A stretch of 64,000 nt of DNA from Chrysomallon squamiferum (GCA_012295275.1 CM022665.1:17918001-17982000), one strand, 5' to 3'. Positions 12,941-26,505 are shown, numbered from the stretch's first letter. Program-made: numbers and translations. The notes: generated by a model from the sequence alone, not told the origin.

Positions 12941-14460
12941 ATATTATTACTTTATATATTTTATTATTTATTTATTTCACCTTTCTGACTGTGTCTCTTT
13001 CTGTTCCTTAGTCTGTCTTTGTATATAGCTGTATTTCTTTCACTGCAGGCGATAGAGAACAAATATATATATATATATATATCATACTGATGAGTTGTTG
13101 TTTCCTTCTACAACAGCAAATCAGTCACTATGTGGTGAGAAATGAATAATGGATTGTCGTTTAAACTGTTATCACTTTTACATGTCACATGCAACATGTG
13201 TGATTCTGTCTTGTCGCAACACTAGAAGTCTTGTCAAAGGCTCTTAGCCATTTGCTGACCATCTGCAAGTTACTTTATGGACATCTAGTCTTTGTCACTT
13301 CAACCTTAGGGACATTATTACACAACATGAATACCGTTATGTCACTAACTGTGTTACATACTATCGTGAGAGTGACAATGTTTCAGCTACTTACTGTCTT
13401 TATTTCTATACATACATACATAGACAAATGCATACATGCATATATATATATATGGGATGTTACATATACAAAAATATATTAAGATTTTATTATTGTATTT
13501 TTTTAAATTTAATATATAGTTTTTGAAATTATTTATTATATTAGAACACTTCTGAAACCCAAAAGATATAAGTAAGAATAATATATTTAATTAAAATATA
13601 TACAAAAATAATAATAATAATTATTATTATTATTTTCATTATTTGTTATTATTATTTTATATTATTTTATGTGCTCTTCAGTTCAAATGTATTAATTTAA
13701 AAGTGTTTTCCGTTGTTTTAGTGATAACGACGTACAATTAATGTTACCAGCGATTTCGTGTCTGTAGTAACGTGAAGAATGTATATATCCCAGGAGATGA
13801 TGACAACAAAATTTATTGTTATCCTCACTCTTTCTTTCTCCTTTTCCTTGTCCTTTCTCATTCTTTCTATACTTTCTAAATGTCTCTCTCTTTCTCTCTT
13901 TTCCTGTCCTTTCTCAGTCTTTCTATGCTTTATAAATGTCTCTCTCTTTCTCCCTTTCTTTGTCCTTTCTCAGTCTTTCTATGCTTTCTAAATGTCTCTT
14001 TCTCCCTTTCTTTGTCCTTTCTCAGTCTTTCTATGCTTTCTAAATGTCTCTTTCTCCCTTTCTTTGTCCTTTCTCAGTCTTTCTAAATGTCCTTTTCTCT
14101 TTCTTTGTCCTTTCTCAGTCTAAATTTCTCGTCTTTCTTTTTCCTTTGTCCTTTCTCAGTCTTTCTATGCTTTCTAAATGTCTCTCTCTTTCTCCCTTTC
14201 TTTGTCCTTTCTCAGTCTTTCTATGTTTTATAAATGTCTCTCTCTTTCTCAGTCTTTCTATGCTTTATAAATGTCTCTCTCTTTCTCAGTCTTTCTATGC
14301 TTTCTAAATGTCTCTCTCTTTCTCCCTTTCTTTGTCCTTTCTCAGTCTTTCTATGCTTTATAAATCTCTCTCTTTCTCCTTTTCTCAGTCTTTCTATTCT
14401 TTATAAATGTCTCTCTCTTTCTCCTTTTCTTTGTCCTTTCTCAGTCTTTCTATGCTTTAA
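11887..14460. repeat. Segmental tandem array, older diverged copy (copy 0, ~2.6 kb)
   Basis: Blocks align in order with unit A (ttcaagtacatgtatatgatg, ttccgtgcgttcacggaa, gggaaacccc, ggacatctagtc, cccaggagatgatgacaac) with many substitutions and several large indels. Confidence 0.9.
13833..14460. repeat. 56-bp pyrimidine-rich minisatellite, variant type 1 (ctttgtcctttctcagtctttc)
   Basis: Unit tttctaaatgtctctctctttctccctttctttgtcctttctcagtctttctatgc, about 12 full or partial copies. Confidence 0.92.
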
Positions 14461-14557
14461 ATAGTGAAACCGGTAATGAAACAAACAGCTAAATTTTATT
14501 ATTTACTGTCATTACAACAGAATTTCGTGGACAAATTTTACTTAATTTTTTATTTTA

Positions 14558-14621
<64 letters not shown>

Positions 14622-15043
14622 CTAGTAGTAGTAGTAGAAGCAGCAGAAGTAGTAGTAGTAGTAATAGAAGTAGTAGCAGCAGTGGTAGTAATGGTAGTAG
14701 TAGTAGCATCGTTTCTGGTAGTTATTTTTTATTATTATTTTATTTATGTATTCATTATTTATTTATTTTTATTTTCTTTTTTTCAAGTACATGTATATGA
14801 TGTAAGGGACGTAACTTACAATTCATTGTTGAGATAGTTTTTCTTAAAGGTTGTGGTTCTTTTTCATCAAATTTTACAATAAACAAACCACTGTCAGTAC
14901 ATTATTGTTGTTGTATTTATTATCATTGTTATTAATAGTGTATTAGTAATAGTAGTAGGAATAGCATATGATTATTGTAAGTGATAATAAACGTTTTAGT
15001 AACTACAACACATCATTATTGTTGCTGTATTGATATTAGTAGT

Positions 15044-15077
<34 letters not shown>

Positions 15078-15645
15078 ACAGTAGTAGTAGTAATAGTAGT
15101 AACAGTAGAAATAGTATGTGATTATTATAATGATTAGTAAACGTTTTAGTAAGTACACCCCTATTAATACATTATTATTGTTGTTGCTTTGATATTAGTA
15201 GTAGTAGTGGTACTAGGAGTAGTAACAGCAGCAGTAGTAATAGCAGCAGCAGCAGCAGTAAGAATAGTAGTACTGTCCAACGTATTTTAATTAGCCTAAA
15301 GGTTTTAAAACTGGTCTCTATGGCCACTGGATCTATTCTCTTCCGTGCGTTCACGGAATATTTCCCAACACAGTAATAGCTCGTACGTGCTATCTTGACT
15401 ATTGGAAAATGCTTCGGGAGGGGGGAATGAATAATCTAATTTGTTTTCAATAAATAACGTTATAGAGAAAGCCCAGTGTCATCTAATCATTACATGAAAA
15501 GAAGAAGAAGGACAACAACAACAACAACAAATAAAAAAAAAATAAAAATTACTGATAATAATAATCTTAAAGTTAATTAATAACTTAGGATAATGGGGAA
15601 ATAATATAATTGTTTTTCATTCTGTATCAATTTCTATACATCAGT

Positions 15646-15708
<63 letters not shown>

Positions 15709-15835
15709 TTGGGGTGTCTACCTGTCTATAATGATTATTTATATACCTATTTAAATTAACAAATCATTGAAATTGTATATGAATGTATATATGGGAATAT
15801 TTGTGCCTTTTGTGTGCGTCTGTGTGTGTGTGTGC

Positions 15836-15897
<62 letters not shown>

Positions 15898-16249
15898 CAT
15901 ATGTCTTCTTTTAATCAATCGGATAAGCTATCCATGTCACACTCGGAGTGTTGTGACCCGAATGCTAAGCGAATTCGACTCACACAAACGAAAGATGTAA
16001 AACAAAGGGAAACCCCCTCTTTCAACTGACCCATTTTCGTTATAAATATAGAATAAAATTTTAATTATTAATTTTTAAATTTATTTATTTTTAGTTCTTC
16101 TATGTGTGCGTAGGTTTCTATATCACGATAGTATATTTCTTGCTTGCAATTGTAATTTATTTTACATATATAACTTAATATGTGGATTTTGAATGTAGGT
16201 TATATAGCTTAAATTAAGATAATGTATTGTCATTGAGGTATGGTAGTGC

Positions 16250-16361
16250 GCTATGCGTGGTGAGTTACGGCTCGTACTGAAGGGAGTTCAAATCCTAACG
16301 GTGCTGTCGTTACAATCTACGTAAGACACTTAACAGATCTCAAAGGCAAAAAGAAAAAAAA
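16250..16361 (+). mobile_element. Possible decayed tRNA-derived SINE inside the array unit (also about 19790-19920 and 23345-23467)
   Basis: B-box-like GTTCAAATCC at 16286-16295, a downstream taagacacttaac resembling SINE core segments, and an A-rich tail. The A box is not convincing. Confidence 0.3.
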
Positions 16362-16654
16362 CACTACCTTTTGGTATTTTATTATTATTATTTTTTTTTT
16401 TTACCTTCATTCTGTCTTTATACATATCTGTATTTCTTTCCATGCGATAGTAAAAAAAAAATATATATATATATATATATACCGAGAGAGACATCATATT
16501 GCTGGAATTTTCTTGTTACTGCCGCAGCACTAAGTCACTATATGGTGACAATTGAATAATGGATTGTCATTTAAACTACTATCACTTTTATATGTAACAT
16601 GCAACGTACGTGATTCTGTCTTGTGACGACGCTAGAAATCTTCTCAAAGACACT

Positions 16655-16785
16655 TTAGGGACATCTAGTCCTTGTCACCTCAACCTTAGGGACATCTAGT
16701 CCTTGACACTTCATCCTTAGGGACATCTAGTCCAAATCACTTCAACATTAGGGACACCTAATCCTTGTCACTTCAACCGTAGGGA
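16655..16785. repeat. 31-bp minisatellite x4 starting with TTAGGG (unit A)
   Basis: ttagggacatctagtccttgtcac(c/t)tcaacc at 16655, 16686, 16717 and 16748, plus a partial fifth copy. Confidence 0.95.
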
Positions 16786-17095
16786 GATTATTACAAAATA
16801 AATATCGTTATGTCACTAATTGTGTCACATCCTATCATGAGAGTGATAATTTTTCACTCTTTATTTTTATACATATATATATATGGGATGTTACATATAC
16901 AAAAATATATATTAAGATTTTATTATTGTATATTTTTTAATTTAATTTTTTATATAGTTTTTAAAATTATTTATTATATTAGAACACTTCTGAAAACCAA
17001 AAGATAAAAGTAAGAATAATATATTTAATTAAAATAAAATAATAATAAAAAATAAGACTAACACTGTATAACAAATTAGAAAAATAATCGTCCAC

Positions 17096-17126
<31 letters not shown>

Positions 17127-17504
17127 TATTTATTTTTTTATTTATTTATTGTGTGTGCTCTTCAGTTTAAATGTATTAATTTAAAACTGCTGTCATACAA
17201 TGGTGCATAGATACAGCTATCTGAGAACCTTAAAAGACAATACATGTCCGTCTATCGCTTTTATACGTTTACATATAAAATTTTAGCCAGTCATTATTCA
17301 TGCTTCTCTTGTTTCCACGGTGACGAAAATAGTTTTTGAAAATAACTTTTTCGTCAATAAAATATTAACTTTTCAATTATCCCCTGTCGTTTTAACAAAA
17401 CTTAGTGTATTCCATTGTTTTAGTGATTACATGTCTGTAGTAACGTGAAGAATGGATATATCCCAGGAGATGATGACAACAAAATGTATTGTTATCATCA
17501 ATCT

Positions 17505-18006
17505 TTCTTTCTCCCTTTCCTTGTCCTTTGTCATTCTTTCTATGCTTTCTAAATGTCTCTCTCTTTCTCTCTTTCCCTGTCCATTTTCAGTATTTCTATG
17601 CTTTATAAATGTCTCTCTCTTTCTCTCTTTCCCTGTCCAGTTTCAGTATTTCTATGCTTTATAAATGTCTCTCTCTTTCTCTCTTTCCCTGACCATTTTC
17701 AGTATTTCTATGCTTTATAAATGTCTGTCTCTTTCTCTCTTTCCCTGTCCATTTTCAGTATTTCTATGCTTTATAAATGTCTCTGTCTTTCTCACTTTCC
17801 CTGTCCATTCTCACATTCTCATTATTTCTATGCTTTATAAATGTCTCTCTCTTTCTCCCTTTCTTTGTCCTTTCTCAGTTTTTCTATGCTTTCTAAATGT
17901 CTCTCTCTTTCTCCCTTTCTTTGTCCTATCTCAATCTTTCTATGCTTTCTAAATGTCTCTCTCTTTCTCCTTTTCTTTGTCCTTTCTCAGTCTTTCTATG
18001 CTTTAA
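17505..18006. repeat. 56-bp minisatellite, chimeric (type 2 then type 1), unit A
   Basis: ccctgtccattttcagtatttc units up to ~17830, then ctttgtcctttctcagtctttc units. Confidence 0.9.
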
Positions 18007-18120
18007 ATAGTGAAACCGGTAATGAAATAAACAGCTAAATTTTATTATTTACTGTCATTACAGTAGAATTTCGTGGACAAATTTTACTTAATTTTTTATT
18101 TTAATTATTATTATTATTAT

Positions 18121-18159
<39 letters not shown>

Positions 18160-18575
18160 AAGTAGTAGAAGCAGCAGAAGTAGTAGTAGTAGTAATAGAA
18201 GTAGTAGCAGCAGTGGTAGTAATGGTAGTAGTAGTAGCATCGTTTCTGGTAGTTATTTTTTATTATTATTTTATTTATGTATTCATTATTTATTTATTTT
18301 TTATTTTTTTTTTTTCATGTACATGCATATGATGTAAGGGACGTAACTTACAATTCATTGTTGAGATAGTTTTTCTTAAAGGTTGTGGTTCTTTTTCATC
18401 AAATTTTACAATAAACAAACCACTGTCAGTACATTATTGTTGTTGTATTTATTATCATTGTTATTAATAGTGTATTAGTAATAGTAGTAGGAATAGCATA
18501 TGATTATTGTAAGTGATAATAAACGTTTTAGTAACTACAACACATCATTATTGTTGCTGTATTGATATTAGTAGT

Positions 18576-18606
<31 letters not shown>

Positions 18607-19174
18607 ACAGTAGTAGTAGTAATAGTAGTAACAGTAGAAGTAGTATGTGATTATTATAATGATTAGTAAACGTTTTAGTAAGTACACCCCTATTAATACA
18701 TTATTATTGTTGTTGCTTTGATATTAGTAGTAGTAGTGGTACTAGGAGTAGTAACAGCAGCAGTAGTAATAGCAGCAGCAGCAGCAGTAAGAATAGTAGT
18801 ACTGTCCAACGTATTTTAATTAGCCTAAAGGTTTTAAAACTGGTCTCTATGGCCACTGGATCTATTCTCTTCCGTGCGTTCACGGAATATTTCCCAACAC
18901 AGTAATAGCTCGTACGTGCTATCTTGACTATTGGAAAATGCTTCGGGAGGGGGGAATGAATAATCTAATTTGTTTTCAATAAATAACGTTATAGAGAAAG
19001 CCCAGTGTCATCTAATCATTACATGAAAAGAAGAAGAAGGACAACAACAACAACAACAAACAAAAAAAAAATAAAAATTACTGATAATAATAATCTTAAA
19101 GTTAATTAATAACTTAGGATAATGGGGAAATAATATAATTGTTTTTCATTCTGTATCAATTTCTATACATCAGT

Positions 19175-19253
<79 letters not shown>

Positions 19254-19381
19254 TTGGGGTGTCTACCTGTCTATAATGATTATTTATATACCTATTTAAA
19301 TTAACAAATCATTGAAATTGTATATGAATGTATATATGGGAATATTTGTGCCTTTGTGTGTGCGTCTGTGTGTGTGTGTGC

Positions 19382-19449
<68 letters not shown>

Positions 19450-20643
19450 TTCATATGTCTTCTTTTAATCAATCGGATAAGCTATCCATGTCACACTCGG
19501 AGTGTTGTGACCCGAATGCTAAGCGAATTCGACTCACACAAACGAAAGATGTAAAACAAAGGGAAACCCCCTCTTTCAACTGACCCATTTTCGTTATAAA
19601 TATAGAATAAAATTTTAATTATTAATTTTTAAATTTATTTATTTTTTTAGTTCTTCTATGTGTGCGTAGGTTTCTATATCACGATAGTATATTTCTTGCT
19701 TGCAATTGTAATTTATTTTACATATATAACTTAATATGTGGATTTTGAATGTAGGTTATATAGCTTAAATTAAGATAATGTATTGTCATTGAGGTATGGT
19801 AGTGCGCTATGCGTGGTGAGTTACGGCTCGTACTGAAGGGAGTTCAAATCCTAACGGTGCTGTCGTTACAATCTACGTAAGACACTTAACAGATCTCAAA
19901 GGCAAAAAAAAAAAAAAACACTACCTTTTGGTATTTTATTATTATTTTTTTTTTTACCTTCATTCTGTCTTTATACATATCTGTATTTCTTTCCATGCGA
20001 TAGTAAAAAAAATATATATATATATATATACCGAGAGAGACATCATATTGCTGAATTTTCTTGTTACTGCCGCAGCACTAAGTCACTATATGGTGACAAT
20101 TGAATAATGGATTGTCATTTAAACTACTATCACTTTTATATGTAACATGCAACGTACGTGATTCTGTCTTGTGACGACGCTAGAAATCTTCTCAAAGACA
20201 CTTTAGGGACATCTAGTCCTTGTCACCTCAACCTTAGGGACATCTAGTCCTTGACACTTCATCCTTAGGGACATCTAGTCCAAATCACTTCAACATTAGG
20301 GACACCTAATCCTTGTCACTTCAACCGTAGGGAGATTATTACAAAATAAATATCGTTATGTCACTAATTGTGTCACATCCTATCATGAGAGTGATAATTT
20401 TTCACTCTTTATTTTTATACATATATATATATGGGATGTTACATATACAAAAATATATATTAAGATTTTATTATTGTATATTTTTTAATTTAATTTTTTA
20501 TATAGTTTTTAAAATTATTTATTATATTAGAACACTTCTGAAAACCAAAAGATAAAAGTAAGAATAATATATTTAATTAAAATAAAATAATAATAAAAAA
20601 TAAGACTAACACTGTATAACAAATTAGAAAAATAATCGTCCAC

Positions 20644-20674
<31 letters not shown>

Positions 20675-21554
20675 TATTTATTTTTTTATTTATTTATTGT
20701 GTGTGCTCTTCAGTTTAAATGTATTAATTTAAAACTGCTGTCATACAATGGTGCATAGATACAGCTATCTGAGAACCTTTAAAGACAATACATGTCCGTC
20801 TATCGCTTTTATACGTTTACATATAAAATTTTAGCCAGTCATTATTCATGCTTCTCTTGTTTCCACGGTGACGAAAATAGTTTTTGAAAATAACTTTTTC
20901 GTCAATAAAATATTAACTTTTCAATTATCCCTGTCGTTTTAACAAAACTTAGTGTATTCCATTGTTTTAGTGATTACATGTCTGTAGTAACGTGAAGAAT
21001 GGATATATCCCAGGAGATGATGACAACAAAATGTATTGTTATCATCAATCTTTCTTTCTCCCTTTCCTTGTCCTTTGTCATTCTTTCTATGCTTTCTAAA
21101 TGTCTCTCTCTTTCTCTCTTTCCCTGTCCATTTTCAGTATTTCTATGCTTTATAAATGTCTCTCTCTTTCTCTCTTTCCCTGTCCAGTTTCAGTATTTCT
21201 ATGCTTTATAAATGTCTCTCTCTTTTTCTCTTCCCCTGACCATTTTCAGTATTTCTATGCTTTATAAATGTCTGTCTCTTTCTCTCTTTCCCTGTCCATT
21301 TTCAGTATTTCTATGCTTTATAAATGTCTCTGTCTTTTCTCACTTTCCTGTCCATTTCTCACATTCTCATTATTTCTATGCTTTATAAATGTCTCTCTCT
21401 TTCTCCCTTTCTTTGTCCTTTCTCAGTTTTTCTATGCTTTCTAAATGTCTCTCTCTTTCTCCCTTTCTTTGTCCTATCTCAATCTTTCTATGCTTTCTAA
21501 ATGTCTCTCTCTTTCTCCTTTTCTTTGTCCTTTCTCAGTCTTTCTATGCTTTAA
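18007..21554. repeat. Segmental tandem array, unit B (3548 bp)
   Basis: Near-identical to units A and C; 31-bp minisatellite at 20203-20333 and chimeric 56-bp minisatellite at ~21052-21554. Confidence 0.97.
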
Positions 21555-21668
21555 ATAGTGAAACCGGTAATGAAATAAACAGCTAAATTTTATTATTTAC
21601 TGTCATTACAGTAGAATTTCGTGGACAAATTTTACTTAATTTTTTATTTTAATTATTATTATTATTAT

Positions 21669-21716
<48 letters not shown>

Positions 21717-22123
21717 AAGCAGCAGAAGTAGTAGTAGTAGTAATAGAAGTAGTAGCAGCAGTGGTAGTAATGGTAGTAGTAGTAGCATCGTTTCTGGTAG
21801 TTATTTTTTATTATTATTTTATTTATGTATTCATTATTTATTTTTTTTTTATTTTTTTTTTTTCATGTACATGCATATGATGTAAGGGACGTAACTTACA
21901 ATTCATTGTTGAGATAGTTTTTCTTAAAGGTTGTGGTTCTTTTTCATCAAATTTTACAATAAACAAACCACTGTCAGTACATTATTGTTGTTGTATTTAT
22001 TATCATTGTTATTAATAGTGTATTAGTAATAGTAGTAGGAATAGCATATGATTATTGTAAGTGATAATAAACGTTTTAGTAACTACAACACATCATTATT
22101 GTTGCTGTATTGATATTAGTAGT

Positions 22124-22157
<34 letters not shown>

Positions 22158-22723
22158 ACAGTAGTAGTAGTAATAGTAGTAACAGTAGAAATAGTATGTG
22201 ATTATTATAATGATTAGTAAACGTTTTAGTAAGTACACCCCTATTAATACATTATTATTGTTGTTGCTTTGATATTAGTAGTAGTAGTGGTACTAGGAGT
22301 AGTAACAGCAGCAGTAGTAATAGCAGCAGCAGCAGCAGTAAGAATAGTAGTACTGTCCAACGTATTTTAATTAGCCTAAAGGTTTTAAAACTGGTCTCTA
22401 TGGCCACTGGATCTATTCTCTTCCGTGCGTTCACGGAATATTTCCCAACACAGTAATAGCTCGTACGTGCTATCTTGACTATTGGAAAATGCTTCGGGAG
22501 GGGGGAATGAATAATCTAATTTGTTTTCAATAAATAACGTTATAGAGAAAGCCCAGTGTCATCTAATCATTACATGAAAAGAAGAAGAAGGACAACAACA
22601 ACAACAACAAATAAAAAAAATAAAAATTACTGATAATAATAATCTTAAAGTTAATTAATAACTTAGGATAATGGGGAAATAATATAATTGTTTTTCATTC
22701 TGTATCAATTTCTATACATCAGT

Positions 22724-22806
<83 letters not shown>

Positions 22807-22934
22807 TTGGGGTGTCTACCTGTCTATAATGATTATTTATATACCTATTTAAATTAACAAATCATTGAAATTGTATATGAATGTATATATGGGAATATTT
22901 GTGCCTTTGTGTGTGCGTCTGTGTGTGTGTGTGC

Positions 22935-23000
<66 letters not shown>

Positions 23001-24200
23001 TTCATATGTCTTCTTTTAATCAATCGGATAAGCTATCCATGTCACACTCGGAGTGTTGTGACCTGAATGCTAAGCGAATTCGACTCACACAAACGAAAGA
23101 TGTAAAACAAAGGGAAACCCCCTCTTTCAACTGACCCATTTTCGTTATAAATATAGAATAAAATTTTAATTATTAATTTTTAAATTTATTTATTTTTTAG
23201 TTCTTCTATGTGTGCGTAGGTTTCTATATCACGATAGTATATTTCTTGCTTGCAATTGTAATTTATTTTACATATATAACTTAATATGTGGATTTTGAAT
23301 GTAGGTTATATAGCTTAAATTAAGATAATGTATTGTCATTGAGGTATGGTAGTGCGCTATGCGTGGTGAGTTACGGCTCGTACTGAAGGGAGTTCAAATC
23401 CTAACGGTGCTGTCGTTACAATCTACGTAAGACACTTAACAGATCTCAAAGGCAAAAAGAAAAAAAACACTACCTTTTGGTATTTTATTATTATTATTTT
23501 TTTTTTTTACCTTCATTCTGTCTTTATACATATCTGTATTTCTTTCCATGCGATAGTAAAAAAAAATATATATATATATATATATACCGAGAGAGACATC
23601 ATATTGCTGAATTTTCTTGTTACTGCCGCAGCACTAAGTCACTATATGGTGACAATTGAATAATGGATTGTCATTTAAACTACTATCACTTTTATATGTA
23701 ACATGCAACGTACGTGATTCTGTCTTGTGACGACGCTAGAAATCTTTCTCAAAGACACTTTAGGGACATCTAGTCCTTGTCACCTCAACCTTAGGGACAT
23801 CTAGTCCTTGACACTTCATCCTTAGGGACATCTAGTCCAAATCACTTCAACATTAGGGACACCTAATCCTTGTCACTTCAACCGTAGGGAGATTATTACA
23901 AAATAAATATCGTTATGTCACTAATTGTGTCACATCCTATCATGAGAGTGATAATTTTTCACTCTTTATTTTTATACATATATATATATGGGATGTTACA
24001 TATACAAAAATATATATTAAGATTTTATTATTGTATATTTTTTAATTTAATTTTTTATATAGTTTTTAAAATTATTTATTATATTAGAACACTTCTGAAA
24101 ACCAAAAGATAAAAGTAAGAATAATATATTTAATTAAAATAAAATAATAATAAAAAATAAGACTAACACTGTATAACAAATTAGAAAAATAATCGTCCAC

Positions 24201-24231
<31 letters not shown>

Positions 24232-24930
24232 TATTTATTTTTTTATTTATTTATTGTGTGTGCTCTTCAGTTTAAATGTATTAATTTAAAACTGCTGTCA
24301 TACAATGGTGCATAGATACAGCTATCTGAGAACCTTAAAAGACAATACATGTCCGTCTATCGCTTTTATACGTTTACATATAAAATTTTAGCCAGTCATT
24401 ATTCATGCTTCTCTTGTTTCCACGGTGACGAAAATAGTTTTTGAAAATAACTTTTTCGTCAATAAAATATTAACTTTTCAATTATCCCCTGTCGTTTTAA
24501 CAAAACTTAGTGTTTTCCATTGTTTTAGTGATTACATGTCTGTAGTAACGTGAAGAATGGATATATCCCTGGAGATGATGACAACAAAATGTATTGTTAT
24601 CATCAATCTTTCTTTCTCCCTTTCCTTGTCCTTTGTCATTCTTTCTATGCTTTCTAAATGTCTCTCTCTTTCTCTCTTTCCCTGTCCGTTTTCAGTATTT
24701 CTATGCTTTATAAATGTCTGTCTCTTTCTCTCTTTCCCTGTCCAGTTTCAGTATTTCTATGCTTTATAAATGTCTCTCTCTTTCTCTCTTTTCCTGTCCA
24801 TTTTCAGTATTTCTATGCTTTATAAATGTCTCTCTCTTTCTCTCTTTCCCTGTCCATTTTCAGTATTTCTATGCTTTATAAATGTCTCTCTCTTTCCCTG
24901 TCCATTTTCAGTATTTCTATGCTTTATAAA
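21555..24930. repeat. Segmental tandem array, unit C (~3.38 kb, ends inside a type-2 56-bp minisatellite)
   Basis: Near-identical to A and B; 31-bp minisatellite at 23760-23890; 56-bp minisatellite at ~24610-24930 runs into unique CT-rich sequence. Confidence 0.95.
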
Positions 24931-25101
24931 AGTCTCGCTCTTTCTCTGTCTCTTTCTCCCTTTCCCTATCCCCTCTACATTTTCAATCTTTCTATACTCT
25001 CGAAACCTCTCTCTTTCTCTCCCAGACTTTGTCTCTCTGTTTCTAAGTTTCTGTCTCTCATTCTTATTCTTTCTTTCTTTCCATATCTGTCTCCAAATCA
25101 T

Positions 25102-25181
<80 letters not shown>

Positions 25182-26505
25182 CTTTCTCTTTCCCTCTCGA
25201 TCTCTACACTACACTGTCAATCTTTCTATACTCTCTCACGCTCTCTAAGCCTTTCCTCTGGTTCTGTTCGTTTGTCTGTGTATCTGTCTTTCTCTCTGTG
25301 AATCTCTATCGCTTTCTCTTCGACTGACCTTTGACATCAGACCATTTATCATGTTTAAAAAAACAAACAAACAAACAAACAAAACAACAAAAAAAAACCG
25401 AACACACCATCCATCATCCACATTATTATATAAATATTTTATTTTTTAATTTAAAATTTTTCTTTCATGAAATCCATTAACAACAGAATCACTTGCTATA
25501 ATAGATTCTGAGGTATTACCTCTTGCTTTTCTCAAAAAGGATTACTATAATGTATGCATATTTAAAGGTCTGTTTGATGTATCTGTCTCTGTATGTAAAA
25601 TAATCAACATTTTAATAACATCACACAGAACAAACACCAGACTACACATTCATTATCGTGTGTGTCTATTTGTGATACTTTGAAAATTTCACCTTCCATA
25701 TACTTAATTACAATTTTATTTCATAACTGTATATGTTTACACTTTTTGTAATTGTATTTGCATTTTTCACTTACACAATTAAAAATGTATGTTTATTTGT
25801 AACTCTGTGTAGTTTTGTAATTGTAATCTACAATTTTATTCTTTTTGTAACTGTATGACATTATTCTTAGTGCTGCACGTAAATTTCTGTTCTGTAGATA
25901 TTGAGGTCAGTCACTCGAGAATTGACCTTGATTTTATTCATTCATGATAATTAAAATGATTTGCTGACTGAATTGCCGGTTGGCATCCATATTTAAAAAC
26001 CTGACTGGTGATAACGCAGTCTAATTGATCTAAAAAAATAAAATAAAAAAACTTATTTCGTCACGAATGATTGAAGAGTGTAAAATTGATCACTGGAAAT
26101 GATGCATAGCAATGTGATGTGGCCATAAATAAATAATTTTAATAGCTGCTGGGATCTATTAAATGTATTAAACAGTTATCCTGTGTTTGATCTCTTAAAA
26201 ATGGTCTGGTAGAATTTTTAAAAAAGAAAAAAAAAAAACCTTACAGGGTAATAATATCATTGAACCTCAGTGAACAACATAGTCTGTAGGCTTTGAGATC
26301 AAATCTTGGTATCGGAACACACATAACTTCTCTATACGTGAAATGAATACAGATATATAAGACTAAAACATCATGAGATATACAATACAGCGACAAATCC
26401 AAGTGTGTTACAATCAATAACAGATTAGCAAAAGATATAAAACACAGTAATTTGAAAGTGTATAAAATGAACTTAGGACATTAGTTTGAACTACAACATC
26501 TCATG

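Larger units (their letters stand above)
14461..18006. repeat. Segmental tandem array, unit A (3546 bp)
   Basis: atagtgaaaccggtaatgaaa recurs at 14461, 18007 and 21555; units are near-identical outside microsatellite lengths. Confidence 0.97.

Noticed and set aside
13086-13135. Hammerhead ribozyme, C/D snoRNA or SECIS at CTGATGA-GTTGT..ACAAC
   Set aside because: No GAAA after the stem, no suitable D box, no apical AA, and the motif is lost in units A-C.
15767-16029. Repeated small ORFs in each array unit as a tandem gene family
   Set aside because: The frames depend on (TG)n length and change between units, so recurrence only reflects DNA duplication.
16655-16785. CRISPR array (31-bp repeat with an internal palindrome)
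   Set aside because: Monomers are contiguous and similar along their whole length, with no unique spacers or cas genes, in a eukaryotic context.
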